Below are positions 13,770 through 27,962 of a stretch of 64,000 nucleotides of DNA, one piece after another. The first letter of the stretch is position 1; each line of letters starts with the position of its first letter. This stretch comes from the human T2T-CHM13v2.0 reference genome, Homo sapiens: NCBI RefSeq assembly GCF_009914755.1, contig NC_060935.1; one strand, given 5' to 3'. The position numbers and the translations under genes were made by a program. The notes beneath the pieces were generated by a model. That model saw only the letters and a program-made list of their open reading frames with translations. It searched no databases and was not told the DNA's origin.

Positions 13770-13988
13770 AGCTGGAGACCCAGGAAAGCTGGAGACCCTG
13801 AAGAGTGGGAGACCCAGAAGAGCTGAAGACCCAGAAGCTGGAGACCTGGTAGAGCTTGAAACCCAGAAGCTGGAGACCCAGGAGTGCCAGAGACCCAGGA
13901 GAGCTAGAGACCCAGGAGAGCTGAAGTCCCAGAAGCTGGAGACCTGGTAGAGCTGGAAACCCAGAAGCTGGAGACCCAGGAGAGCTGG
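13770..13988. repeat. Minisatellite (~15-17 bp unit AGCTGGAGACCCAG(G)A) inside MLT2
   Basis: About 13 degenerate tandem copies visible. Confidence 0.9.
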
Positions 13989-14919
13989 TGGTGTAGTTCG
14001 AAGGCCTGAGAGCTTGATGGTCAGTGGTGCAGATTCCAGTCTGAGTCTGAAGGTATGAGAACCAGGAGCACCAAGGACAGAAGATTGATGCTCGAGCAGT
14101 CAGGCAGGGAGGGAATTCAACCTTCCTTTGCCTTTTTGTTCTCATCAGGCCCTTAACAGGTTGCATGTTGCCCGCCCACATTAGGGAGACTATCTGCTAT
14201 CCTCAGCCCACCGATTCAAATGCTCATCTCTTCTGGAAACACCTTTATGTAAACACCCGGAAATGACGCTTAGCCAGCTACCTGGGCATCCTGTGGCCCA
14301 GTCAAGTTGACACATAAACTTAACCATCACATCACCCTCCTCTTTCAACCAAATATGGACCAGGGGGTCATGCACTCCAAGGAAGCTGGCCTGGTGGCTG
14401 GCCTACTCTGCACTGACCCTCTATGCAGGCTCCGGCCCCCTCAGCTTTAGAGGGAATTAAAGGGTACTTCTTTAAGGGTCATTTAGACTGAATTCATTCT
14501 TTCCAGGCACTGAGCCAGGGGATGCTGCAATGACTGTGACAGGCCAGATACTGCCATGGCAGAGGGGGTATCAGAGGAACCTAGGCAGACCATCCTGGCT
14601 GACCTACAGTGAGAGCAGTGGTTTCTTTCAGGGAGTGGCATGATTCAGTGGGGAATGTGGAGGAGGAAGAGAGAAGTCAGTGAGACCCTTGAGGAGGCCA
14701 TGGCAGTTGTTCACTGATAGTTCTCTGCATCAGGGTGCTGGCCATGGAGATGGGAAGAAGTGGACAGATTCAAGAAATATCTCAGAGACAGAGCATAAGA
14801 TTTGGTAATAGATCAGATGAGGGGTTTTTAGATTGTCACAGAGGCAAACCAGGAGATAGGACTCATGTGCAAAGGATTTATTAAAGTGTTTGCAGGACAA
14901 ATGGGAAGGACAGTAGCCA

Positions 14920-15364
14920 TGCAGGACAAATCCCAGATGGCCTTGGCCACCCAGCTCTTCCCCACTTTCTTGCTTGTCATTTTCAGAATAACTGTTGATT
15001 GTGCTGGGAGTGCAACAACTTGAGATAAGAAGGAACTGGCTGGAACAGTCCAAGGTCTCTCCCTGTCCCTCCTAGAACAAGATGTCCTGCAACACTTGTG
15101 CTCAGTGAGTCAACTTCCCCTAGGTATAAAACCTAGAGTGGAGCATCTTTTGGCGTCCCTTGGCTGTGGTGCTGCCTAGGGCATGTGCAGATGGACTCTA
15201 CCCACCCTGGCCAGCTTGCCTGAGCCTTGTCGGGGAGCAGGGACCCTAGGCTCCTGCTGTCCCCTGATGCCGATCCGCGAATAATAAAGTTGCTTTTCTT
15301 AATTTACAGTGTGAGCGTTCTGTCTCACCCGGCTTGTGCAAGTGGTAGAGTAACCTTCCTCACA
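14920..15364 (+). mobile_element. LTR47-like solo LTR inserted in an MLT1 remnant
   Basis: cagaataactgttgattgtgctgggagtgcaacaacttgagataag; TATA (ggtataaaa ~15123), AATAAA ~15283, ends ...cctcaca. Confidence 0.7.
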
Positions 15365-15589
15365 GGGGGAAGCAGGATCAGGAGGAAACCACACAAAGGT
15401 GCAGTCTCAGGTGAGAGCTGAGCCCCAGCCAGATCCCGCAGGACACTCTGCAGCCTTAACGATGTCCCAGAGCTCATCCCACCTCGAAGCAAGGCAGCTG
15501 GGCTCTCTGAGGGCTGCTGCCAGCTGCAGGCTCCCAGACACTCCTGGCTTTCAGGGGTATCTTGTTAAAGTGGCAGGGAGAAGAAAAGG

Positions 15590-16100
15590 GAGACTTTAAG
15601 GATCACATCAGGTTATCTGCTGCCAGGTGGATGGTGCCACCATGATTGAGATGGAAAGATAAGGGGCAGCAGGGGTTCGGGGGATCAAGGACTGGACTCC
15701 TTGAGTGTGAAGTGCCCGTTAAACATTCCAGTGGCAACATCAGGTAGACCATTGGTATGATTCTGGGGTCTGGGGGTGTGTGGGGTGGGGTTGGGCTGGA
15801 GGTGCGCTTCTGGGAGTCACTGGGTGTGGCCGGCGTCTGAAGCCATGAGACCATCTACAGGGCCTTGGCATATGCCATCCCTTCTGCTGGGAACTTGCTG
15901 GCCTCCTCCTCACTTGTTAATTTCTACTCATGCTGAGGCCCTTGGCTCATGCATCGCTTCCTGAGGGAGTGTCTCTGACCTCCCTGGCCGCACCAAAGCC
16001 CCCTGTCAACCTTGTTCTCCTGAACTTCTGCTCTGTAGCAATGGCCGCAGTTGGAGGTTTGCATCTATTTGTGTGATTATGTGGGTTTTATCCACCATGG
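15590..16100. mobile_element. L2 fragments (both orientations)
   Basis: ggtggatggtgccacc...ttgagtgtgaagtgcccgttaaacattccagtgg; agggccttggcatatgcc. Confidence 0.6.
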
Positions 16101-17446
16101 GGCCCTCAGCTTCCTCTTCCCATGCTTGATGGAGAATTGGAGTGTCACGCCACTGACGGCTCTGCTCTGACGAGGTCTTTCTAGCCTCAGGAGCTTGTTC
16201 ATGGGGTCCCTTTCATTCCCACCAATTTGTTAGTCCAGCTTCATCTCTTGCTGAGCTGTTCTCCGCCTTGAGACCTAACTGTTCACCCTCCCTGAGTTGG
16301 CTGTGTGCGATCCTGCCCCATGACCGTGCAGATGCCACGTGACCCAGTCCGCAGTCGTCTCTTGTCCCCATTGCTGGAGCCAGCCTCCACCTCTCAGTGG
16401 TCCTTTCTGAGACCAGACAGATGAAATTAGGCGCATTCAGGGTGGTACGGCTGTAGACGTGCAGGTCCTTTCAAAAGTGCCTTCTCCTCGAGGCTCTTTC
16501 CAGCCCTCTCTCCTAGAGGAGCCCTTTTCTCCTGCTCTGTGTCTCCCCTTGGACCCCTTAACACGGTCTGTGTTTTTTGAATATCCCTCGGCAAAGCAAC
16601 GGTGTGTGCTTTCTTGCCTGAGGGCTGCAACCAAGCCTGAGTCCACCTCGAGACTCCCTGGAGCAGAGCCCAGCCCTGGCATGCAGTGTTCAGACTACAT
16701 GGAGTCGTGCACTGCTGCTGTGTGCATCTCTGTGTGTTCAGTACAGAGCTGCAGAAGGGCCACCCCTTCATTACCTGGGGTCCCAGAAGTCCCTATTGTC
16801 AGGAAAAAGGCATGAAAACCTCAGCCTCTGCTTCTGGTTCCTGACTCACACTGGTCACCTTGACCTTATAAACAACTCCTGCAAACCTCTGTTATTTTAT
16901 GGCTTTGTTCTGTTTTTATCAGTGTGTTTTATCTAATATATTCTGAAAAATTTAGGACTTCCCAAAAATATCCCACGTACATGTAAAAGAGTCAGCTGAG
17001 AATAGCCAAAAGGAATCACATACATTTTTGCATGGGAAAGAAGTCTTTTAACATTTAGTATTGTTTTTATGGTGGTAAAATATACATAGCATCAAATGTA
17101 CCATTTTACCATTTTTAAACGTATGATTCAGTGGCATTTAGTCCATTGACATGGCTGTGCAGCCATTGCCACCACCCAGCTCCAGAATGCTTCATCTTTC
17201 CAAACTGAAGCTCTGTCCATTAAGTACTCTCTGCTCCTCCTTCTCCAACCCCTGGGAAATGCTATTCTTTCTGTCTGTATAAATTTGGATACTCCAGGCA
17301 CTTCCTATGTGTGGAATTATACAGATTTGTCCTTTTGTGACTGGCTTGTTTCACTTTGCATAATGTCTTCAAGATTCATCTGCGTTGCAGCCTGAATTTC
17401 TTTCCTTTTTAAGGTTGAATAATATTCTATCATCTGTAGATGCCCC

Positions 17447-18275
17447 TGTATTGACAATGTTTTCTCACTTTCTGTGTTCTCGTTGCTCTGGCATTGGGAT
17501 CCTTGATCGTGGAGAGTCTGCCCCCTCCAGAGCTAGCTAAGTCCTGAAGCTAGCAAATGACTCCCCTGCCTGCAACACACCTTTTTTTTTAAAATTATAC
17601 TTTAAGTTTTAGGGTACATGTGCACAACGTGCAGGTTAGTTACATATGTATACTTGTGCCATGTTGGTGTGCTGCACCCATTAACTTGTCATTTAACATT
17701 AGGTATATCTCCTAATGCTATCCCTACCTGCTCCCCCCACCGCACAACAGGCCCCGGTGTGTGATGTTCCCCTTCCTGTGTCCATGTGTTCTCATTGTTC
17801 AATTCCCACCTATAAGTGAGAACATGCGGTGTTTGGTTTTTTTGTCCTTGCGATAGTTTGCTGCACACACCTTTGACATGCAGACCAACCAACCCAGAGC
17901 CCACATTCCCAGCCTCCTCCTTTATCACAAACTCACACACTGAGCCAATAATCCCCCGGCCTAAGTCACCCCAGGGTCAGGTCCTGGACAAGTAGGGACT
18001 GGCCCTATACTCCAGAGTCCACCAAAATTATTCAAACCACCCAATTGAAACTTAGCACACCTGCCCCGCCACGCCTATTCTATCCCATGAAAACCCCAGT
18101 AAGGGCCACAGCCCCTCTCTCACCTGACAGCCCTGGTGCTTCCCCACGTGGCCCTGTGTGGCCGGCTGTGATCCTGTTTCTAGGGTGAGGACAAGTTTCC
18201 TCCTCCACGGTGATCATTTCCTTGACTGTGTGTCTCCCCTTTCCTGCTTAAAACAAATTGAGGCAACATTTTCAC
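17447..18275 (+). mobile_element. MER74-type LTR (ERVL), split by L1PA
   Basis: tgtattgacaatg...gctagctaagtcctgaagctagcaaatgactc; gcagaccaaccaacccagagccc. Confidence 0.75.
17582..17862 (-). mobile_element. Young L1PA 3' fragment
   Basis: attatactttaagttttagggtacatgtgcacaacgtgcaggttagttac; TSD acacaccttt on both sides. Confidence 0.93.
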
Positions 18276-18396
18276 ACATCATGTTTATCTGTTCATCCAT
18301 CGATGGACTTTTGGGTGGTTTCCCCCCTTTGGCTGTTGTTTCTCAGTGGAATATTTCAAGCAAAAAAAAATTTATGCATAAGAAGAAACAAGCATG

Positions 18397-20174
<1,778 letters not shown>

Positions 20175-20989
20175 CTACACATGAAGGTCCTCAAAAACAA
20201 CATATGGTATAGGTATAGTCTTGTACGTTCTTGAATTTTATAGGAATAGCATTATTTGATACAGACATGGGCCTGTTTCATGCAGCTGTATGTTTTTGAG
20301 ATGCATCCATGCAGAGGCCAGCAGCTTTAGTTCATTTGTCTTCCTGGCTGTGTAATATTCCATGCTTTGAAGGCATCACACTCTCCTATTGATGGGCACT
20401 CAGATGTTTCCATTTTTTAAAACTAAATCATGAACATTGTGTGTCTGTGTGTGTTGGGAGTGGGGGCATCTCTAGGGGACAGAGTCTGGAAGTGAACTGA
20501 GGGAGGAGGATATGTACATTTTTATTTTACCAGATAGGACCAAACTGTTCTCCAAACCGAGAAGCCAGTTTGCACCCTGACCAGCCGGGTCTGAGGATTC
20601 CTGGTGAGACAGAGGAGCTGACCCACACTGGAGACATCCTTTTGTTCGTGCTGTCCTCCACTGCGGGTGGTTTGGCATTTGGGAGAGTGGTTTCCTGGAG
20701 CTTCTTGCAACCATGAATGAAATGGTTTGTCCAGGACATTTCTGAAAGGGAACCCCTTGTTTCTATTGCAGGGACCCCAAGGGGCGCATTAGGCAGCAGA
20801 GATGGCCTGGCCAACCATCACACTATTTCTGCTTTTGAGAGAGTTCTCAGGACCCTGGAGAGGCACCGCCTGGCTGTCTGTGGATGTGCGTGCTGACCCT
20901 CTCCCTGTCCCTGGGAGGGAGCTCTCCCTGAGATGCACCCAGCCCGCTCTCTGACCTGGAGTTTTGGTGTCCTGCTGATCCCAGGCGAC

Positions 20990-21520
20990 AGTGGACAGTG
21001 GCTCCATCAACTTCTGGCAATCGGTTTGGCAGATTTACAGGCATCAAACAACAACAAAAAAATTGCTGAACGTGCGTGTAGGGAAGCGTTTTTGTGCCAG
21101 TGTGCTGTGACAGTGCAAAGAATTTCAGTAAAGAGGAGGCAAATTTCTTTGAAATTAGAACATTCAAAGTAACTACTCAACTCAGGCCTTTTGATATTGC
21201 CTTAAGAAATCTGTTTTGCCCATAAAATCGGGTCTCCGCTGTTCGCATCACACAGCTGACATGTATTTCAATTTTCAGAGAGCAACTTCTTCCACTTTGC
21301 CTTCTGTAATTCAAAATAGAAATCTTTAAGTCCTCGGGAAATTGTTTTTATAATATTCTAAAGTGAAAATACTTGCAAATGTGTACTTTTTGGAACAAGC
21401 GTAAATTTTAAATTCAGGACTAAAGTAACCTTTTATGTGTGAACTTGTCTCTACTGTAAATCACAAGCGTCGTATTCTTTATTCTTTGAGCGTGTCTCAA
21501 TTGCCCTGTGTTTTCATGAG
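20990..21520. promoter_or_regulatory. Candidate enhancer (unique sequence with TCF/LEF, PBX-HOX, MEIS and CDX/HOX13 motifs)
   Basis: CTTTGAA 21147, TTCAAAG 21163, TGACAG 21108, CCCATAAAA 21219, GTAAATCA 21456; no repeat recognised. Confidence 0.35.
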
Positions 21521-22537
21521 ACTGGAGTTGCTGGGTAGGGGATTGAGCTGGGCTCGGAGGCTGCTCTACGTGCTTCATATGCTTCCAGTGTTTGCTTGTA
21601 CAGCTGGTGCAGCCCCAGGCATCTCCAGCCTATGGGCACCAATAATAATCTGGTAATGCCTGCTATGGTATTGCCCCCATCCTCAGTTGGGGTCTCGGCT
21701 CCCTGCAAGGTTCTCTCAATCCCCCCCATATATCTGTGGGTGTCCCACCTGTGCTCAGGCCCAGGCAGCTGCCAGCTGGCATCTGATGGGCACCAACACT
21801 GCTGATGCTTGGCACACCAGCGCTGGTCTTTGCTGGACAAAGCCGTCCCTTCCCTTGGCCCAGTCCCTGGCATCTGTCTCCGAGTGCCCTGGGTGGCAGG
21901 TGGGGAGAAGGCTCATCTCTATGGTTTGCTGAAGGGCTCAGGCTATGCCATTAAGCCCTAGGTGCCTGGAAGGTTTTGCAAGAATAGCTCTTTCAGGTTG
22001 TTACTCACGGTCTTTCTAGGACCCGGATGTGGCCAGGCTAGGCAGGGGCCTGGGCTGAGCACAGAGGCTGATGTCGGTTATGGTCTCGGGGTCCTGCTCC
22101 CTGCAGTGCAACCTGCACTTGTTAATGCATCAGCCTCTCCTGCCCGCTCCTGCCCCCTGTTCCTCCAGGAAACAGGGTTCTAGGCCTGCCCCATCATTTG
22201 CTAGAAACTCGCATCCCAGCTTGAGCTCACACTGTACTCGGAATACACAGTTTCCTCACAGCCAGAAATGCACATCAACCCATTGGCCATATTCCTAAAT
22301 GTGCAGCAACTCAGACCCTTCCATGGAGCATCTGGTACCACTTGCTATGGGGTGCCACTGAGCACAGGAGGAGTGAGAGACACCTTCAAAGATCAGGAGA
22401 AGGTGGGGACAGAACTGAAGTCTCCAGACTTCTTCTGGCTTCAGTTCTCCAACCAGGAAATGAGCGGGTTGTACCTGTTGACCTCCAAGGACACTTTAAG
22501 CTCTTTAAACCATTAGGAGAAAGAATTAAACATTATT

Positions 22538-22837
22538 GGCTGGGTGTGGTGGCTCACGCCTGGAATCCCAGTGGTTTGGGAGGTCAAGGGAGGATCACTT
22601 GAGGCCAAGAGTTTGAGACCAGCCTGGGTAACATAGTGAGACACCATGTCTACAAAAAATTAAAAAATTGGCTGGGTATGGTGACACAAACCTGTAGTCC
22701 CAGCTATTCAGGAGGCTGAGGCAGGAGGATCATTTGAGCAAAAGAGTTTGAGGCTGCAGTGAGCTACGATCACGGCACTGCACTCTAGCCCGGGCGACAG
22801 AGTGAGACCCTGTCTTAAAACAAACAAACAAACAAAA
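22538..22837 (+). mobile_element. Alu (AluJ-type)
   Basis: Full dimer with (AAAC)n tail. Confidence 0.93.
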
Positions 22838-22899
22838 ACCCACCTGAGCCACCTCTCTTTCAGTGACCTCATTTGGAACATCCATCCATTTTCAGCCTA

Positions 22900-23850
22900 T
22901 TTTCTTCGCAAATAGGAACATTATGGTTACGAATTTCCCTACAAGTATTGCTTTGGTGGCATCCCACAAGTTTTGGTGGGTAGTATTTTCACCACCATTC
23001 AGTTCTGAGTATTAGAGATTTCCACTATGATTTCTCAATGGACTCATGAATGACTTAGAGGCATAGTGTTAATTTGTTTTTTGATGAAAGGGTAGGTAAT
23101 ACATTCAAAAGTTTCAATATTCAAAACGCATAAAAAGTCTACAAGGAAAACTATTTTTTCTACTCCTGTCCCCCAGCCAGCCACCCATAGGCAATTACTA
23201 TTATTCATTAGCTGAGAGTCCATCCAGGTAAAGTTTATGCACACAAAGTAAAATGTGTATATATGAATATAGAAATATATATTATGTATGTGTGTAAATA
23301 TGCATATATTGCTTTTCCTAGACAAACCTTACTCCTTCAGCTCTGAAGTGTGTTTTAGCTTGTCCTTAGAAAAATGTCTTAGAGATCATTTGGCGTCAGT
23401 ATGTGAAGAGCTTCCTCATTTGTTTTTACAAATGCATTGTATTCCATTGAATTTGATGAACCATAATCTAAATGTCAGGTTCTCTATTGATATATATTTA
23501 TGTTGTTTATAGTTCTTTGAAATTTATAAACAACATTGCAATAAAAACCCTTTCTTTTACCCATTATTTCATAGGCAGCAAGCAGGTCGGTAGAAGTGGA
23601 GTTGCTAAATCAAAGCATATGTGCATATCAATTTTGACAGCTGTTGCCAAATGCTTTCCATTGAGGCTGTGCCGTATCTACCTAGAGCAGCGTAGAGTGA
23701 GAGGTCCTATTTACCTCCTGGCTTTTCCAACAGAACGTCCTATCAAATCTTGGTTCTTTGTTGATCTATTAGTGAATAACAGTATCATTCTAGCTTTATT
23801 GATATTTCTGTTATTGTAAGTGAGGTTGAGCATATTTTCATGTTTTAAAT
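22900..23850 (-). mobile_element. Old L1ME fragments
   Basis: gaatttccctacaagtattgcttt...catcccacaagtttt; agaagtggagttgctaaatcaaag; gtgaggttgagcatattttcatg. Confidence 0.7.
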
Positions 23851-23857
23851 TAATTTA

Positions 23858-25200
23858 TACAGATCTTGGTTTTGAAATGCCATTCTCCAGTGAAAGGAAC
23901 TGGGGATCCTTGGAGAAATGGCTGATTCTAGGTCTGGGGCAGGGAATATACAAGATCAGCCTGGAGCATCTTTCAGTGTTGGAAGCAAGGAAGCACTCAA
24001 AACACAACAAAACCAGAACAACCCACAGTGACGGGGTTATGTCAAAGGCTCATGGGAACCAACTGCAAAGGCTCCCAGCAGCCTAAGAACCACTTGAGCA
24101 GCAAAATAAATAATGTAGTGCTGGACCATAGCCCAACGTATTAAATAAATATACATCAGTCCACGTATAAATAAATATACATCAGTCCACATATAAATGA
24201 ATATACATCAGCCTGCATATAAATAAATATACATCAGTTCACACATAAATAAATATACGTCAGTCCACATATAATATACATCAGTCCACATATAAATAAA
24301 TATACATCAGTCCGCATATAAATAAATATACATCAGTCCACATATAAATAAATATACATCAGTCCACATATAAATAAATATACATCAGTCCACATATAAA
24401 TAAATATCCATCAGCTCACATATAAATAAATATACATAAGTCCACATATAAATACATATACGTCAGTCCACATATAAATAAATGATTGAATAAATAAATA
24501 AATGGGGGGAGAAGGGACAAATCTTCCTTATAGAAGAATCCCAAAAATATATGTAGATATCCACCCCGTAGATGGTGAAGTTTAATTCCCCTCCCCTTGA
24601 GTGTGGGCTGGATTTAGTGATTGGCTTCCTAAGAATAGAAGATGGGAAGCAACAACAGTAGCTTTACCGTGGAGGAAACTGCAGACACCATCCAAACCAC
24701 GTGATGATGGTCAACATCACCAATGATGCCACGTGAGTACCACACACACCCCCTGCTGTGATGTGATGAAGGGAGTCCTTAAACTCATATCCCCTCTCTA
24801 GTCATGAAAAAAGTCAGACAATCCTAAACTGAGGGACATTCTATGAGATACCCGACCACTACTCTTCAAAACTGTCGAGGTTATGATAAACAAAGACAGA
24901 TGGAGATACTGTCACCAACCAGGGGACACCAAAGAGACACATACATGTGAGTGGCACTCTAGATATGAGCCTGGGACAGAGAAGGGAATTATTGAGAAAA
25001 ATTAGTAGAATATGAACAAAGCTTATAATTTGGTTAATAGTAATGAATGTGCTAATGCTAATACCTTAATTTTGACAAATACACCACAGTTATTATGTAA
25101 GATGTTAGCATTAGGGGAACTGAAAGAAAGGTGTACAGAAAATCTTTGTATTATCATTGTAATTTTTCTGTAAATCTAAAATTATTCCAAAATATAAAAG
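23858..25200 (+). mobile_element. L1MC/L1MD 3' UTR
   Basis: ccattctccagtgaaaggaactggggatccttggagaaatggctgattctagg; ends tgtaaatctaaaattattccaaaatataaaag. Confidence 0.85.
24143..24476. repeat. 26-bp minisatellite AAATAAATATACATCAGTCCACATAT, ~13 copies
   Basis: Directly counted; one copy is 5 bp short. Confidence 0.95.
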
Positions 25201-25397
25201 GTTATTTTTAAAAAGTTATTTGTATTTTTTAAATGAATAGTTTACTCATCCCCTTTGACATTTTTTCTTTTGGTGATTAGCCTCTTTCTTGTTTATTTAT
25301 AGAAGTTCTTTACATATTAGTCTTTGATTAATTATACTTATTTTCTCCAATTTGACTATTTTTTGATTTTACTTAAAGTCATCTTTTCCCATTCAGA

Positions 25398-25684
25398 TTT
25401 TTTTTTTTTTTTATACAGGATCTCTGTCACCCAGGCTGGAGTGCTGTGGCACAATCATGGCTCACTGCAGTCTTGACTTCTTGGGCTCAGGTGATCCTCC
25501 TACCTCAGTCTCCTGAATAACTGGGACCACAGGTGCACATCACAATGCCCAGCTAATTTAGAAAACATTATTTGTAGAGACAGGTGTCATTATGTTGCCC
25601 AGGCTGGTCTCAAACTCCTCAGCTCAAGTAATCCTCCCACCTCAGCCTCCCAAAGTACTGGGTGTAAGCCACTGCACCCAGCCC
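25398..25684 (-). mobile_element. Alu (AluJ-type)
   Basis: Reverse dimer. Confidence 0.92.
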
Positions 25685-25897
25685 AGAAATGTTTTAATTT
25701 ATATAGTCAAATTTCTTCATTTTTTATTTCTTTTGTGCCTCTTAACTTTGTGTTATAGTTGGTAAGGGCTTCTCCCATTTCAATCTTATAAAATAATTAT
25801 GCTATGTTCACTCAGTGCTTTTATTTTAAGAAGTACTGTTTTTATTTTTCCAGTATTGTATTCTTCCAGGTTTTAGAAATTTATTAATTTCTGAAGC

Positions 25898-26521
25898 TGC
25901 ATCAGTTAGCACACAGTCAAGAGACAGGAACCACCCCAGTTATCTGAACAGAGAGGATTTAATATAAATAATTGTTAACTAGATAAACAGTTGTTAACTA
26001 GGTAAATAAAATGGTAAAAAAGAGAAATGTAGCCTATCAAGGGATTAGCAACCACAGGCAGCAGCTGCCACCCCCAGGGCTGAGGGAGCAAAGGGAAGAA
26101 GCTGGAATTATTAAAGCTTAGTAATTAAAGGAGAGGCCCCCTGGGCTTGGGACCCAGACTTCTGAGGAGAAACTCTGGTGGGTGCTGGTGTATCTGTGGG
26201 ATAGAGAGGGGACAAGACGAAATTGGTTTGCAAATGTCTAAAAAACTGCAAGCTGGATTTCACAGCTGCAGGAACTGCTGCAGCCAGGGTGAAGCAGCTC
26301 TGCTGGGAGGATGCTCATCAGAACAGGAAGCCAACTGGAAGGAGCAGGTCCCTTCTTCCAGCCCAGCTTGTTAGTCTCTCTCTAGTGCCCCCTATTGGCA
26401 GACCCTAACAGGGATGTGACTGTCAAAGCAGAAATGTTTGCAGAGTTCCATCACCAGTATCACAAAACCGAATACAGAAGGCTGGTTTGGAAATGAGACA
26501 ATAGTTTAATAACGGACCCAC
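25898..26521 (-). mobile_element. LTR41-type solo LTR (ERVL)
   Basis: caagagacaggaaccaccccagttatctgaacagagaggatttaatataaataattgttaactag; ctctagtgccccctattggcagaccctaacaggg. Confidence 0.8.
26382..26400 (-). promoter_or_regulatory. CTCF motif within LTR41
   Basis: Minus strand reads TGCCAATAGGGGGCACTAG, close to the core CCASYAGRKGGCRS. Confidence 0.6.
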
Positions 26522-27139
26522 TTGCTTATGAAAAACAATTCAATGACGTTTGAACACTTCAGTTCACCTTATTCCATCTTATATTTCATTGGCGAATTAC
26601 AGTGACTACAAAAAGTTGCCTTAGCTTTAGTTTGTTTTTTTAATCTTTCAAAATAAGTAATATATTACTATTTTATACAGTCTATACATCTTGTTAAGAA
26701 TTATCCACATCACACCCGTTCATTTGCCCATAATTTCTTCTTCTTTTTTCCTCTATAAACTTCTCCATTCTCCTATTAGTGCTTCCTAAGACTACGAAAA
26801 CAATCAAGTTGTACACAAATACTTGTGTCAGGGTCAGCTTCTAGGATAGCTAAAATTAAAACAGAGCCCAAAGGCTCCTGTATCAGAATTAATGAATGTA
26901 ACATTTTAAACAGACTATATTTATACTGTTAAAAGAAATAAAAGATGGATTGAAAACATGAGTAAGATATAAGAGACTTCAAACATAACTAGGCACATTT
27001 TTTAAAAAGCTAATAGAATTCCTAGAACTGAAAGTATTATTATTGATATTAAAGACTCAATGTATAGACTGCAGAACATACTGAACACAGTTGAAGAGAG
27101 AATTGGTGAAATGGAATGTAGACACTATACAGTAAAAGT

Positions 27140-27475
27140 CCAAAGAGGAAAGTAAAGGAAGTCCATGGATGCATTACCAAGCAAGTGTCAATGTGAGCCA
27201 CAGAAATGCAAAGCAGAGGAACTCTGGAGACAGTGCAGAACATGCATGGGGGCTATTCCAGTCTGGAGGTATTTATTTTCAAACTTCTTTTCATCATTGG
27301 CTGATGTTGCAAGGATGTTGCAGGGGAATTAATTTCCAGGCACTTCCAGTCTTCTCCCTGTGCATTGGGACAGAGCCTTTAGACAGACACTTGAAAAGGA
27401 TGCCACCAGCATGCACTGGAACAGTGAGGGCTGAGGAGACTTGGGTGGGGCACCTAAGGGAACATCTGCCATCAT
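27140..27475 (-). mobile_element. LTR16/LTR33-type LTR, probable 3' LTR of the adjacent provirus
   Basis: Minus strand begins tgatggcagatgttcccttaggtgccccacccaag, preceded by a polypurine-tract-like aaggggtgaa. Confidence 0.6.
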
Positions 27476-27585
27476 TCACCCCTTGAACAGCTCAGATGCA
27501 CTCATGCTGCAAGTAAAGTTGACTCTGCTCCATCCCTGCTTCTTCAAGGTTGTGGCCTATCACAATTTCTAAAAAATAACAGGCA

Positions 27586-27962
<377 letters not shown>

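Larger units (their letters stand above)
12542..14331 (-). mobile_element. MLT2 LTR (ERVL), outer copy, split by a second MLT2
   Basis: gttctccagagaaacagaaccaa at the left end; gcccagtcaagttgacacataaacttaaccatcaca at the right end. Confidence 0.85.
17060..18340 (-). mobile_element. L1MB 3' fragment, split by MER74
   Basis: ggtggtaaaatatacatagcatcaaatgtaccattttacc...; resumes with tttatctgttcatccatcgatggac after the LTR. Confidence 0.82.

Noticed and set aside
15764-15799. G-quadruplex-capable G runs
   Set aside because: Common in GC-rich primate DNA and lies in decayed L2; no context suggesting function.
24143-24476. CRISPR-like regular repeats
   Set aside because: Head-to-tail units with no spacers, in eukaryotic DNA.
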